NCBI GenBank assembly: GCA_965235115.1
Contig: OZ249436.1
Span: 51,338,001 to 51,402,000 of the forward strand
Direction: 5' to 3'
From: Laetmonice hystrix
Lineage: Eukaryota
Length of the DNA: 64,000 bases
Shown here: in pieces, positions 52,792-64,000 of the stretch
How the letters are laid out: each line of letters starts with the position of its first letter
Numbering within the stretch: the stretch's first letter is position 1
Notes under the pieces: model-generated
The model's database searches: none
Seen by the model: the letters and a program-made list of their open reading frames with translations, nothing else
What the model was told of the DNA's origin: nothing
Program-made: the position numbers and the translations under genes

Positions 52792-52863
52792 GGTTCCGTG
52801 GTGTAACGGTTAGCACTCAGCACTCTGAATCCTGCGATCCGAGTTCAAATCTCGGCGGAACCT
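52792..52863 (+). tRNA. tRNA-Gln(CTG) variant
   Basis: Anticodon-stem mismatch CAGCA. Confidence 0.78.
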
Positions 52864-53245
52864 AAGGGTAATCTTTTTTACGATTTTTGAAAAAAATATT
52901 TGAAGTAGTAATTTCAATAGTTAAATGTTCACGCTCATCTCCCTAGATAAAATAAGACTTTCCATAAATAAATGTCTGAAATTGTGATAACAGATTGATA
53001 GTCCAGGATTATATCAGTGGTAGGGAATGAAAACATAGACGCACAAAACCGACATGAAAAGAAGAAAATAAGAGGTGCAATACCATAACTTAGTACCTAT
53101 GGAAACTGTAATTAACTTGTCTCTGTGGCGCAATCGGCTATCGCGTTAGGGTCACAATCTATTGTTGAGGTCTTTTTAATGCAGGGTGTTCCTTATAACG
53201 TCAGGAAGAGCATATGTTGGTACCGATGGCACAATTAGATAAATT

Positions 53246-53319
53246 GTCTCTGTGGCGCAATCGGCTAGCGCGTTAGAATGTTACTCTAAAGGTTGGTGGT
53301 TCGAGCCCACCCAGGGACT
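53246..53319 (+). tRNA. tRNA-Asn(GTT), A32/C38 loop variant
   Basis: Anticodon loop AT-GTT-AC. Confidence 0.8.
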
Positions 53320-53585
53320 TAATTTTTCCTAATCGCAGTGGGATTCCATTTTCTAACTGGATTTCTTTCAATATCTATAAAATATATAGAGGAAGCTCTT
53401 GCCAGAGTCAGACCGAGGAAGGTTCTGCTGATCACCTCTTACGTCCCTCTGAAAATATTCTAATTACGTTGACGCTGAGTCAATCAGCTTAGGGCTAAGG
53501 CTAAATTGCAGCCACGCTTTGGAAATAGCCATGATTCAAATAAAGAATCCGTCACCGAGTAGGGCCCCCGTCTCTATCCTGAAGC

Positions 53586-53657
53586 GGTTCCGTGGTGTAA
53601 CGGTTAGCACTCAGGACTCTGAATCCTGCGATCCGAGTTCAAATCTCGGCGGAACCT
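53586..53657 (+). tRNA. tRNA-Gln(CTG)
   Basis: Matches array consensus. Confidence 0.93.
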
Positions 53658-54166
53658 AAGAGTAATCTTTTTCAAGATTTTTGAAAAAAATATTTGAAGT
53701 AGTCATTCCACGAGTTAAATGTTCACGCTCATCTCCCTAGATGAAATAACACTTTCCATAAATAAATGTCTGAAATTGTGATAACAGATTGATGGTCCAA
53801 GATTATATCAGTGGTAGGGAATGAAAACATAGACGCACAAAACCGACATGAAAAGAAGAAAATAAAAGGTGCAATACCATAACTTGGTACCTATTGAAAC
53901 TGTAATTAACTTGTCTCTGTGGAGCAATGGGCTATCGCGTTAGGGTCACAATCTATTGTTGAGGTCTTTTTAATGCAGGGTGTTCCTTATAACGTCAGGA
54001 AGACCATAACTTGGTACCTATGGCACAATTAGATAACTTGTCTCTGTGGCGCAATCGGCTATCGCGTTAGGGTCACAATCTATTGTTGAGGTCTTTTTAA
54101 TGCAGGGTGTTCCTTATAACGTCAGGAAGACCATAACTTGGTACCTATGGCACAATTAGATAACTG

Positions 54167-54240
54167 GTCTCTGTGGCGCAATCGGCTAGCGCGTTAGACT
54201 GTTAATCTAAAGGTTGGTGGTTCGAGCCCACCCAGGGACT
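54167..54240 (+). tRNA. tRNA-Asn(GTT)
   Basis: Matches array consensus. Confidence 0.92.
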
Positions 54241-54506
54241 TAATTTTTCCTAATCGCAGTGGGATTCCATTTTCTAACTGGATTTCTTTCAATATCTCTA
54301 AAATATATAGAGGAAGCTCCTGCCAGAGTCAGACCGAGGAAGGCTCTGCTGATCACCTCTTACGTCCCTCTGAAAATATTCTAATAAAGTTGACGCTCAG
54401 TCAATCAGCTTAGGGCTAAGGCTAAATTGCAGCCACGCTTTGGAAATAGCCATGATTCAAATAAAGAATCCGTCACCGAGTAGGGCCCCCGTCTCTATCC
54501 TGAAGC

Positions 54507-54578
54507 GGTTCCGTGGTGTAACGGTTAGCACTCAGGACTCTGAATCCTGCGATCCGAGTTCAAATCTCGGCGGAACCT
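54507..54578 (+). tRNA. tRNA-Gln(CTG)
   Basis: Matches array consensus. Confidence 0.93.
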
Positions 54579-55311
54579 AAGGGTAATCTTTTTTACGATT
54601 TTTGAAAAAAATATTTGAAGTAGTAATTTCAATAGTTAAATGTTCACGCTCATCTCCCCAGATGAAATAACACTTTCCATAAATAAATGTCTGAAATTGT
54701 GATAACAGATTGATGGTCCAGGCTATCGCGTTAGGGTCACAATCTATTGTTGAGGTCTTTTTAATGCAGGGTGTTCCTTATAACGTCAGGAAGAGCATAG
54801 GTTGGTACCGATGGCACAATTAGATAACTTGTCTCTGTTTGAAGTAGTAATTCCACGAGTTAAATGTTCACGCTCATCTCCCTAGATGAAATAACACTTT
54901 CCATAAATAAATGTCTGAAATTGTGATAACAGATTGATGGTCCAGGATTATATCAGTGGTAGGGAATGAAAACATAGACGCACAAAACCGACATGAAAAG
55001 AAGAAAATAAGAGGTGCAATACCATAACTTGGTACCTATGGAAACTGTAATTAACTTGTCTCTGTGGAGCAATCGGCTATCGCGTTAGGGTCACAATCTA
55101 TTGTTGAGGTTTTTTTAATGCAGGGTGTTCCTTATAACGTCAGGAAGACCATAACTTGGTACGTATGGCACAATGAGATAACTTGTCTCTGTGGCGCAAT
55201 CGGCTATCGCGTTAGGGTCACAATCTATTGTTGAGGTCTTTTTAATGCAGGGTGTTCCTTATAACGTCAGGAAGAGCATAAGTTGGTACCGATGGCACAA
55301 TTAGTTAAATT

Positions 55312-55384
55312 GTCTCTGCGGCGCAATCGGCTAGCGCGTTAGACTGTTAATCTAAAGTTGGTGGTTCGAGCCCACCAAGGGACT
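55312..55384 (+). pseudogene. tRNA-Asn(GTT) probable pseudogene
   Basis: T8C, 1-nt variable-loop deletion, acceptor-stem mismatch. Confidence 0.7.
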
Positions 55385-55648
55385 TAATTTTTCCTAATCG
55401 CAGTGGGATTCCATTTTCTAACTGGATTTCTTTCAATATCTATAAAATATATAGAGGAAGCTCTTGCCAGAGTCAGACCGAGGAAGGCTCTGCTGATCAC
55501 CTCTTACGTCCCTCTGAAAATATTCTAATTACGTTGACGCTGAGTCAATCAGCTTAGGGCTAAGGCTAAATTGCAGCCACGCTTTGGAAATAGCTGATTC
55601 AAATATAGAATCCGTCACCGAGTAGGGCCCCCATATCTCTCCTGAAGC

Positions 55649-55720
55649 GGTTCCGTGGTGTAACGGTTAGCACTCAGGACTCTGAATCCTGCGATCCGAG
55701 TTCAAATCTCGGCGGAACCT
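55649..55720 (+). tRNA. tRNA-Gln(CTG)
   Basis: Matches array consensus. Confidence 0.93.
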
Positions 55721-56229
55721 AAGAGTAATCTTTTTCAAGATTTTTGAAAAAAATATTTGAAGTAGTAATTCCACGAGTTAAATGTTCACGCTCATCTCCC
55801 TAGATGAAATAACACTTTCCATAAATAAATGTCTAAAATTGTGATAACAGATTGATGGTCCAGGATTATATCAGTGGTAGGGAATGAAAACATAGACGCA
55901 CAAAACCGACATGAAAAGAAGAAAATAAAAGGTGCAATACCATAACTTGGTACCTATTGAAACTGTAATTAACTTGTCTCTGTGGAGCAATGGGCTATCG
56001 CGTTAGGGTCACAATCTATTGTTGAGGTCTTTTTAATGCAGGGTGTTCCTTTTAACGTCAGGAAGACCATAACTTGGTACGTATGGCACAATTAGATAAC
56101 TTGTCTCTGTGGCGCAATCGGCTATCGCGTTAGGGTCACAATCTATTGTTGAGGTCTTTTTAATGCAGGGTGTTCCTTATAACGTCAGGAAGAGCATAGG
56201 TTGGTACCGATGGCACGATTAGATAAATT

Positions 56230-56303
56230 GTCTCTGTGGCGCAATCGGCTAGCGCGTTAGACTGTTAATCTAAAGGTTGGTGGTTCGAGCCCACCCAGGG
56301 ACT
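56230..56303 (+). tRNA. tRNA-Asn(GTT)
   Basis: Matches array consensus. Confidence 0.92.
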
Positions 56304-56569
56304 TAATTTTTCCTAATCGCAGTGGGATTCCATTTTCTAACTGGATTTCTTTCAATATCTCTAAAATATATAGAGGAAGCTCCTGCCAGAGTCAGACCGA
56401 GGAAGGCTCTGCTGATCACCTCTTACGTCCCTCTGAAAATATTCTAATTACGTTGACGCTGAGTCAATCAGCTTAGGGTTAAGGCTAAATTGCAGCCACG
56501 CTTTGGAAATAGCCATGATTCAAATAAAGACTCCGTCACCGAGTAGGGCCCCCGTATCTATCCTGAAGC

Positions 56570-56641
56570 GGTTCCGTGGTGTAACGGTTAGCACTCAGGA
56601 CTCTGAATCCTGCGATTCTAGTTCAAATCTCGGCAGAACCT
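56570..56641 (+). tRNA. tRNA-Gln(CTG), probably defective
   Basis: T-stem TCTAG and acceptor CAGAACC lesions. Confidence 0.6.
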
Positions 56642-57150
56642 AAAAGTAATCTTTTTCAAGATTTTTGAAAAAAATATTTGAAGTAGTAATTCCACGAGTT
56701 AAATGTTCACGCTCATCTCCCTAGATGAAATAACACTTTCCATAAATAAATGTCTGAAATTGTGATAACAGATTGATGGTCCAGGATTATATCAGTGGTA
56801 GGGAATGAAAACATAGACGCACAAAACCGACATGAAAAGAAGAAAATAAGAGGTGCAATACCATAACTTGGTACCTATGGAAACTGTAATTAACTTGTCT
56901 CTGTGGAGCAATCGGCTATCGCGTTAGGGTCACAATCTATTGTTGAGGTCTTTTTAATGCAGGGTGTTCCTTATAACGTCAGGAAGACCATAACTTGGTA
57001 CCTATGGCACAATTAGATAACTTGTCTCTGTGGCGCAATCGGCTATCGCGTTAGGGTCACAATCTATTGTTGAGGTCTTTTTAATGCAGGGTGTTCCTTA
57101 TAACGTCAGGAAGACCATAACTTGGTACCTATGGCACAATTAGATAACTT

Positions 57151-57224
57151 GTCTCTGTGGCGCAATCGGCTAGCGCGTTAGACTGTTAATCTAAAGGTTG
57201 GTGGTTCGAGCCCACCCAGGGACT
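57151..57224 (+). tRNA. tRNA-Asn(GTT)
   Basis: Matches array consensus. Confidence 0.92.
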
Positions 57225-57490
57225 TAATTTTTCCTAATCGCAGTGGGATTCCATTTTCTAACTGGATTTCTTTCAATATCTCTAAAATATATAGAGGAAG
57301 CTCCTGCCAGAGTCAGACCGAGGAAGGCTCTGCTGATCACCTCTTACGTCCCTCTGAAAATATTCTAATAAAGTTGACGCTCAGTCAATCAGCTTAGGGC
57401 TAAGGCTAAATTGCAGCCACGCTTTGGAAATAGCCATGATTCAAATAAAGAATCCGTCACCGAGTAGGGCCCCCGTCTCTATCCTGAAGC

Positions 57491-57562
57491 GGTTCCGTGG
57501 TGTAACGGTTAGCACTCAGGACTCTGAATCCTGCGATCCGAGTTCAAATCTCGGCGGAACCT
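57491..57562 (+). tRNA. tRNA-Gln(CTG)
   Basis: Matches array consensus. Confidence 0.93.
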
Positions 57563-57944
57563 AAGGGTAATCTTTTTTACGATTTTTGAAAAAAATATTT
57601 GAAGTAGTAATTTCAATAGTTAAATGTTCACGCTCATCTCCCTAGATGAAATAACACTTTCCATAAATAAATGTCTGAAATTGTGATAACAGATTGATGG
57701 TCCAGGATTATATCAGTGGTAGGGAATGAAAACATAGACGCACAAAACCGACATGAAAAGAAGAAAATAAGAGGTGCAATACCATAACTTAGTACCTATG
57801 GGAACTGTAATTAACTTGTCTCTGTGGCGCAATCGGCTATCGCGTTAGGGTCACAATCTATTGTTGAGGTCTTTTTAATGCAGGGTGTTCCTTATAACGT
57901 CAGGAAGAGCATATGTTGGTACCGATGGCACAATTAGATAAATT

Positions 57945-58018
57945 GTCTCTGTGGCGCAATCGGCTAGCGCGTTAGAATGTTACTCTAAAGGTTGGTGGTT
58001 CGAGCCCACCCAGGGACT
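57945..58018 (+). tRNA. tRNA-Asn(GTT), A32/C38 loop variant
   Basis: Anticodon loop AT-GTT-AC. Confidence 0.8.
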
Positions 58019-58284
58019 TAATTTTTCCTAATCGCAGTGGGATTCCATTTTCTAACTGGATTTCTTTCAATATCTATAAAATATATAGAGGAAGCTCTTG
58101 CCAGAGTCAGACCGAGGAAGGTTCTGCTGATCACCTCTTACGTCCCTCTGAAAATATTCTAATTACGTTGACGCTGAGTCAATCAGCTTAGGGCTAAGGC
58201 TAAATTGCAGCCACGCTTTGGAAATAGCCATGATTCAAATAAAGAATCCGTCACCGAGTAGGGCCCCCGTCTCTATCCTGAAGC

Positions 58285-58356
58285 GGTTCCGTGGTGTAAC
58301 GGTTAGCACTCAGGACTCTGAATCCTGCGATCCGAGTTCAAATCTCGGCGGAACCT
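58285..58356 (+). tRNA. tRNA-Gln(CTG)
   Basis: Matches array consensus. Confidence 0.93.
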
Positions 58357-58865
58357 AAGAGTAATCTTTTTCAAGATTTTTGAAAAAAATATTTGAAGTA
58401 GTAATTCCACGAGTTAAATGTTCACGCTCATCTCCCTAGATGAAATAACACTTTCCATAAATAAATGTCTGAAATTGTGATAACAGATTGATGGTCCAGG
58501 ATTATATCAGTGGTAGGGAATGAAAACATAGACGCACAAAACCGACATGAAAAGAAGAAAATAAAAGGTGCAATACCATAACTTGGTACCTATTGAAACT
58601 GTAATTAACTTGTCTCTGTGGAGCAATGGGCTATCGCGTTAGGGTCACAATCTATTGTTGAGGTCTTTTTAATGCAGGGTGTTCCTTATAACGTCAGGAA
58701 GACCATAACTTGGTACCTATGGCACAATTAGATAACTTGTCTCTGTGGCGCAATCGGCTATCGCGTTAGGGTCACAATCTATTGTTGAGGTCTTTTTAAT
58801 GCAGGGTGTTCCTTATAACGTCAGGAAGACCATAACTTGGTACCTATGGCACAATTAGATAACTT

Positions 58866-58939
58866 GTCTCTGTGGCGCAATCGGCTAGCGCGTTAGACTG
58901 TTAATCTAAAGGTTGGTGGTTCGAGCCCACCCAGGGACT
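58866..58939 (+). tRNA. tRNA-Asn(GTT)
   Basis: Matches array consensus. Confidence 0.92.
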
Positions 58940-59205
58940 TAATTTTTCCTAATCGCAGTGGGATTCCATTTTCTAACTGGATTTCTTTCAATATCTCTAA
59001 AATATATAGAGGAAGCTCCTGCCAGAGTCAGACCGAGGAAGGCTCTGCTGATCACCTCTTACGTCCCTCTGAAAATATTCTAATAAAGTTGACGCTCAGT
59101 CAATCAGCTTAGGGCTAAGGCTAAATTGCAGCCACGCTTTGGAAATAGCCATGATTCAAATAAAGAATCCGTCACCGAGTAGGGCCCCCGTCTCTATCCT
59201 GAAGC

Positions 59206-59277
59206 GGTTCCGTGGTGTAACGGTTAGCACTCAGGACTCTGAATCCTGCGATCCGAGTTCAAATTTCGGCGGAACCT
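59206..59277 (+). tRNA. tRNA-Gln(CTG) variant
   Basis: C61T in B-box/T-stem. Confidence 0.78.
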
Positions 59278-59786
59278 AAGGGTATTCTTTTTTACGATTT
59301 TTGAAAAAAATATTTGAAGTAGTAATTTCAATAGTTAAATGTTCACGCTCATCTCCCTAGATGAAATAACACTTTCCATAAATAAATGTCTGAAATTGTG
59401 ATAACAGATTGATGGTCCAGGATTATATCAGTGGTAGGGAATGAAAACATAGACGCACAAAACCGACATGAAAAGAAGAAAATAAAAGGTGCAATACCAT
59501 AACTTGGTACCTATTGAAACTGTAATTAACTTGTCTCTGTGGAGCAATGGGCTATCGCGTTAGGGTCACAATCTATTGTTGAGGTCTTTTTAATGCAGGG
59601 TGTTCCTTATAACGTCAGGAAGACCATAACTTGGTACCTATGGCACAATTAGATAACTTGTCTCTGTGGCGCAATCGGCTATCGCGTTAGGGTCACAATC
59701 TATTGTTGAGGTCTTTTTAATGCAGGGTGTTCCTTATAACGTCAGGAAGACCATAACTTGGTACCTATGGCACAATTAGATAACTT

Positions 59787-59860
59787 GTCTCTGTGGCGCA
59801 ATCGGCTAGCGCGTTAGACTGTTAATCTAAAGGTTGGTGGTTCGAGCCCACCCAGGGACT
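59787..59860 (+). tRNA. tRNA-Asn(GTT)
   Basis: Matches array consensus. Confidence 0.92.
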
Positions 59861-60126
59861 TAATTTTTCCTAATCGCAGTGGGATTCCATTTTCTAACTG
59901 GATTTCTTTCAATATCTCTAAAATATATAGAGGAAGCTCCTGCCAGAGTCAGACCGAGGAAGGCTCTGCTGATCACCTCTTACGTCCCTCTGAAAATATT
60001 CTAATAAAGTTGACGCTCAGTCAATCAGCTTAGGGCTAAGGCTAAATTGCAGCCACGCTTTGGAAATAGCCATGATTCAAATAAAGAATCCGTCACCGAG
60101 TAGGGCCCCCGTCTCTATCCTGAAGC

Positions 60127-60198
60127 GGTTCCGTGGTGTAACGGTTAGCACTCAGGACTCTGAATCCTGCGATCCGAGTTCAAATTTCGGCGGAACCT
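60127..60198 (+). tRNA. tRNA-Gln(CTG) variant
   Basis: C61T. Confidence 0.78.
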
Positions 60199-60834
60199 AA
60201 GGGTATTCTTTTTTACGATTTTTGAAAAAAATATTTGAAGTAGTAATTTCAATAGTTAAATGTTCACGCTCATCTCCCTAGATGAAATAACACTTTCCAT
60301 AAATAAATGTCTGAAATTGTGATAACAGATTGATGGTCCAGGATTATATCAGTGGTAGGGAATGAAAACATAGACGCACAAAACCGACATGAAAAGAAGA
60401 AAATAAGAGGTGCAATACCATAACTTAGTACCTATGGAAACTGTAATTAACTTGTCTCTGTGGAGCAATCGGCTATCGCGTTAGGGTCACAATCTATTGT
60501 TGAGGTTTTTTTAATGCAGGGTGTTCCTTATAACGTCAGGAAGACCATAATTTGGTACCTATGGCACAATTAGATAACTTGTCTCTGTGGCGCAATCGGC
60601 TATCGCGTTAGGGTCACAATCTATTGTTGAGGTCTTTTTAATGCAGGGTGTTCCTTATAACGTCAGGAAGAGCATAGGTTGGTACCGATGGCACAATTAG
60701 ATAACTTGTCTCTGTGGCGCAATCGGCTATCGCGTTAGGGTCACAATCTATTGTTGAGGTCTTTTTAATGCAGGGTGTTCCTTATAAAGTCAGGAAGAGC
60801 ATATGTTGGTACCGATGGCACAATTAGATAAATT

Positions 60835-60908
60835 GTCTCTGTGGCGCAATCGGCTAGCGCGTTAGACTGTTAATCTAAAGGTTGGTGGTTCGAGCCCACC
60901 CAAGGACT
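60835..60908 (+). tRNA. tRNA-Asn(GTT) variant
   Basis: Acceptor mismatch (CAAGGAC); unit has three relic modules. Confidence 0.8.
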
Positions 60909-61174
60909 TAATTTTTCCTAATCGCAGTGGGATTCCATTTTCTAACTGGATTTCTTTCAATATCTATAAAATATATAGAGGAAGCTCTTGCCAGAGTCAG
61001 ACAGAGGAAGGCTCTGCTGATCACCTCTTACGTCCCTCTGAAAATATTCTAATTACGTTGACGCTGAGTCAATCAGCTTAGGGTTAAGGCTAAATTGCAG
61101 CCACGCTTTGGAAATAGCCATGATTCAAATAAAGACTCCGTCACCGAGTAGGGCCCCCGTATCTATCCTGAAGC

Positions 61175-61246
61175 GGTTCCGTGGTGTAACGGTTAGCACT
61201 CAGGACTCTGAATCCTGCGATTCTAGTTCAAATCTCGGCAGAACCT
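61175..61246 (+). tRNA. tRNA-Gln(CTG), probably defective
   Basis: Same lesions as 56570. Confidence 0.6.
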
Positions 61247-61755
61247 AAAAGTAATCTTTTTCAAGATTTTTGAAAAAAATATTTGAAGTAGTAATTCCAC
61301 GAGTTAAATGTTCACGCTCATCTCCCTAGATGAAATAACACTTTCCATAAATAAATGTCTGAAATTGTGATAACAGATTGATGGTCCAGGATTATATCAG
61401 TGGTAGGGAATGAAAACATAGACGCACAAAACCGACATGAAAAGAAGAAAATAAGAGGTGCAATACCATAACTTGGTACCTATGGAAACTGTAATTAACT
61501 TGTCTCTGTGGAGCAATGGGCTATCGCGTTAGGGTCACAATCTATTGTTGAGGTCTTTTTAATGCAGGGTGTTCCTTATAACGTCAGGAAGACCATAACT
61601 TGGTACCTATGGCACAATTAGATAACTTGTCTCTGTGGCGCAATCGGCTATCGCGTTAGGGTCACAATCTATTGTTGAGGTCTTTTTAATGCAGGGTGTT
61701 CCTTATAACGTCAGGAAGACCATAACTTGGTACCTATGGCACAATTAGATAACTT

Positions 61756-61829
61756 GTCTCTGTGGCGCAATCGGCTAGCGCGTTAGACTGTTAATCTAAA
61801 GGTTGGTGGTTCGAGCCCACCCAGGGACT
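61756..61829 (+). tRNA. tRNA-Asn(GTT)
   Basis: Matches array consensus. Confidence 0.92.
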
Positions 61830-62095
61830 TAATTTTTCCTAATCGCAGTGGGATTCCATTTTCTAACTGGATTTCTTTCAATATCTCTAAAATATATAGA
61901 GGAAGCTCCTGCCAGAGTCAGACCGAGGAAGGCTCTGCTGATCACCTCTTACGTCCCTCTGAAAATATTCTAATAAAGTTGACGCTCAGTCAATCAGCTT
62001 AGGGCTAAGGCTAAATTGCAGCCACGCTTTGGAAATAGCCATGATTCAAATAAAGAATCCGTCACCGAGTAGGGCCCCCGTCTCTATCCTGAAGC

Positions 62096-62167
62096 GGTTC
62101 CGTGGTGTAACGGTTAGCACTCAGGACTCTGAATCCTGCGATCCGAGTTCAAATCTCGGCGGAACCT
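62096..62167 (+). tRNA. tRNA-Gln(CTG)
   Basis: Matches array consensus. Confidence 0.93.
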
Positions 62168-62549
62168 AAGGGTAATCTTTTTTACGATTTTTGAAAAAAA
62201 TATTTGAAGTAGTAATTTCAATAGTTAAATGTTCACGCTCATCTCCCTAGATGAAATAACACTTTCCATAAATAAATGTCTGAAATTGTGATAACAGATT
62301 GATGGTCCAGGATTATATCAGTGGTAGGGAATGAAAACATAGACGCACAAAACCGACATGAAAAGAAGAAAATAAGAGGTGCAATACCATAACTTAGTAC
62401 CTATGGGAACTGTAATTAACTTGTCTCTGTGGCGCAATCGGCTATCGCGTTAGGGTCACAATCTATTGTTGAGGTCTTTTTAATGCAGGGTGTTCCTTAT
62501 AACGTCAGGAAGAGCATATGTTGGTACCGATGGCACAATTAGATAAATT

Positions 62550-62623
62550 GTCTCTGTGGCGCAATCGGCTAGCGCGTTAGAATGTTACTCTAAAGGTTGG
62601 TGGTTCGAGCCCACCCAGGGACT
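62550..62623 (+). tRNA. tRNA-Asn(GTT), A32/C38 loop variant
   Basis: Anticodon loop AT-GTT-AC. Confidence 0.8.
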
Positions 62624-62889
62624 TAATTTTTCCTAATCGCAGTGGGATTCCATTTTCTAACTGGATTTCTTTCAATGTCTATAAAATATATAGAGGAAGC
62701 TCTTGCCAGAGTCAGACCGAGGAAGGTTCTGCTGATCACCTCTTACGTCCCTCTGAAAATATTCTAATTACGTTGACGCTGAGTCAATCAGCTTAGGGCT
62801 AAGGCTAAATTGCAGCCACGCTTTGGAAATAGCCATGATTCAAATAAAGAATCCGTCACCGAGTAGGGCCCCCGTCTCTATCCTGAAGC

Positions 62890-62961
62890 GGTTCCGTGGT
62901 GTAACGGTTAGCACTCAGGACTCTGAATCCTGCGATCCGAGTTCAAATCTCGGCGGAACCT
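62890..62961 (+). tRNA. tRNA-Gln(CTG)
   Basis: Matches array consensus. Confidence 0.93.
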
Positions 62962-63470
62962 AAGAGTAGTCTTTTTCAAGATTTTTGAAAAAAATATTTG
63001 AAGTAGTAATTCCACGAGTTAAATGTTCACGCTCATCTCCCTAGATGAAATAACACTTTCCATAAATAAATGTCTGAAATTGTGATAACAGATTGATGGT
63101 CCAGGATTATATCAGTGGTAGGGAATGAAAACATAGACGCACAAAACCGACATGAAAAAAAGAAAATAAAAGGTGCAATACCATAACTTGGTACCTATTG
63201 AAACTGTAATTAACTTGTCTCTGTGGAGCAATGGGCTATCGCGTTAGGGTCACAATCTATTGTTGAGGTCTTTTTAATGCAGGGTGTTCCTTATAACGTC
63301 AGGAAGACCATAACTTGGTACCTATGGCACAATTAGATAACTTGTCTCTGTGGCGCAATCGGCTATCGCGTTAGGGTCACAATCTATTGTTGAGGTCTTT
63401 TTAATGCAGGGTGTTCCTTATAACGTCAGGAAGACCATAACTTGGTACCTATGGCATAATTAGATAACTT

Positions 63471-63544
63471 GTCTCTGTGGCGCAATCGGCTAGCGCGTTA
63501 GACTGTTAATCTAAAGGTTGGTGGTTCGAGCCCACCCAGGGACT
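63471..63544 (+). tRNA. tRNA-Asn(GTT)
   Basis: Matches array consensus. Confidence 0.92.
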
Positions 63545-63810
63545 TAATTTTTCCTAATCGCAGTGGGATTCCATTTTCTAACTGGATTTCTTTCAATATC
63601 TCTAAAATATATAGAGGAAGCTCCTGCCAGAGTCAGACCGAGGAAGGCTCTGCTGATCACCTCTTACGTCCCTCTGAAAATATTCTAATAAAGTTGACGC
63701 TCAGTCAATCAGCTTAGGGCTAAGGCTAAATTGCAGCCACGCTTTGGAAATAGCCATGATTCAAATAAAGAATCCGTCACCGAGTAGGGCCCCCGTCTCT
63801 ATCCTGAAGC

Positions 63811-63882
63811 GGTTCCGTGGTGTAACGGTTAGCACTCAGGACTCTGAATCCTGCGATCCGAGTTCAAATTTCGGCGGAACCT
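63811..63882 (+). tRNA. tRNA-Gln(CTG) variant
   Basis: C61T. Confidence 0.78.
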
Positions 63883-64000
63883 AAGGGTATTCTTTTTTAC
63901 GATTTTTGAAAAAAATATTTGAAGTAGTAATTTCAATAGTTAAATGTTCACGCTCATCTCCCTAGATGAAATAACACTTTCCATAAATAAATGTCTGAAA

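Larger units (their letters stand above)
40022..64000 (+). repeat. Tandem tRNA gene array, 921-bp unit: 127-bp Asn-relic modules + tRNA-Asn + tRNA-Gln
   Basis: Asn starts recur at 921-bp spacing (40605, 41526, 42447...); variant units of 794 and 1048 bp; runs off the window end. Confidence 0.97.

Noticed and set aside
40300..64000. CRISPR-like appearance of the recurring ~30-nt GTCTCTGTGGCGCAATCGGC repeat
   Set aside because: Intervening sequences are identical rather than unique spacers, the repeat is a tRNA 5' end, there are no cas genes, and the context is eukaryotic.

Overview
Repeat-rich metazoan (invertebrate-like) nuclear DNA with GT-AG introns, Pol III tRNA genes and many non-autonomous DNA transposons; the species cannot be determined from sequence alone. 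1-40 kb holds: a ~7.5 kb hierarchical satellite (~60-bp subunit, ~0.95/1.0-kb monomer, 1949-bp dimer); many TIR elements with identifiable target-site duplications (TSDs); a three-exon minus-strand gene for a secreted 10-Cys Ly6/uPAR (three-finger) protein; an intronless 540-aa multi-pass membrane ORF; and a decayed DIRS-type tyrosine recombinase. From ~40.02 kb to the window end runs a tandem array of 921-bp units (26 copies here). Each unit carries a tRNA-Asn(GTT), a tRNA-Gln(CTG) and usually two 127-bp modules. Each module holds a tRNA-Asn-derived relic with an A-box, a CAC 'anticodon' hairpin and a T5 run in place of the B-box. All Asn copies have a remodelled anticodon stem and T instead of the usual G discriminator. 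The array begins 24 bp after the recombinase relic with an Asn/Gln chimeric tRNA fragment. Coordinates were read by hand and may be off by a few bases.
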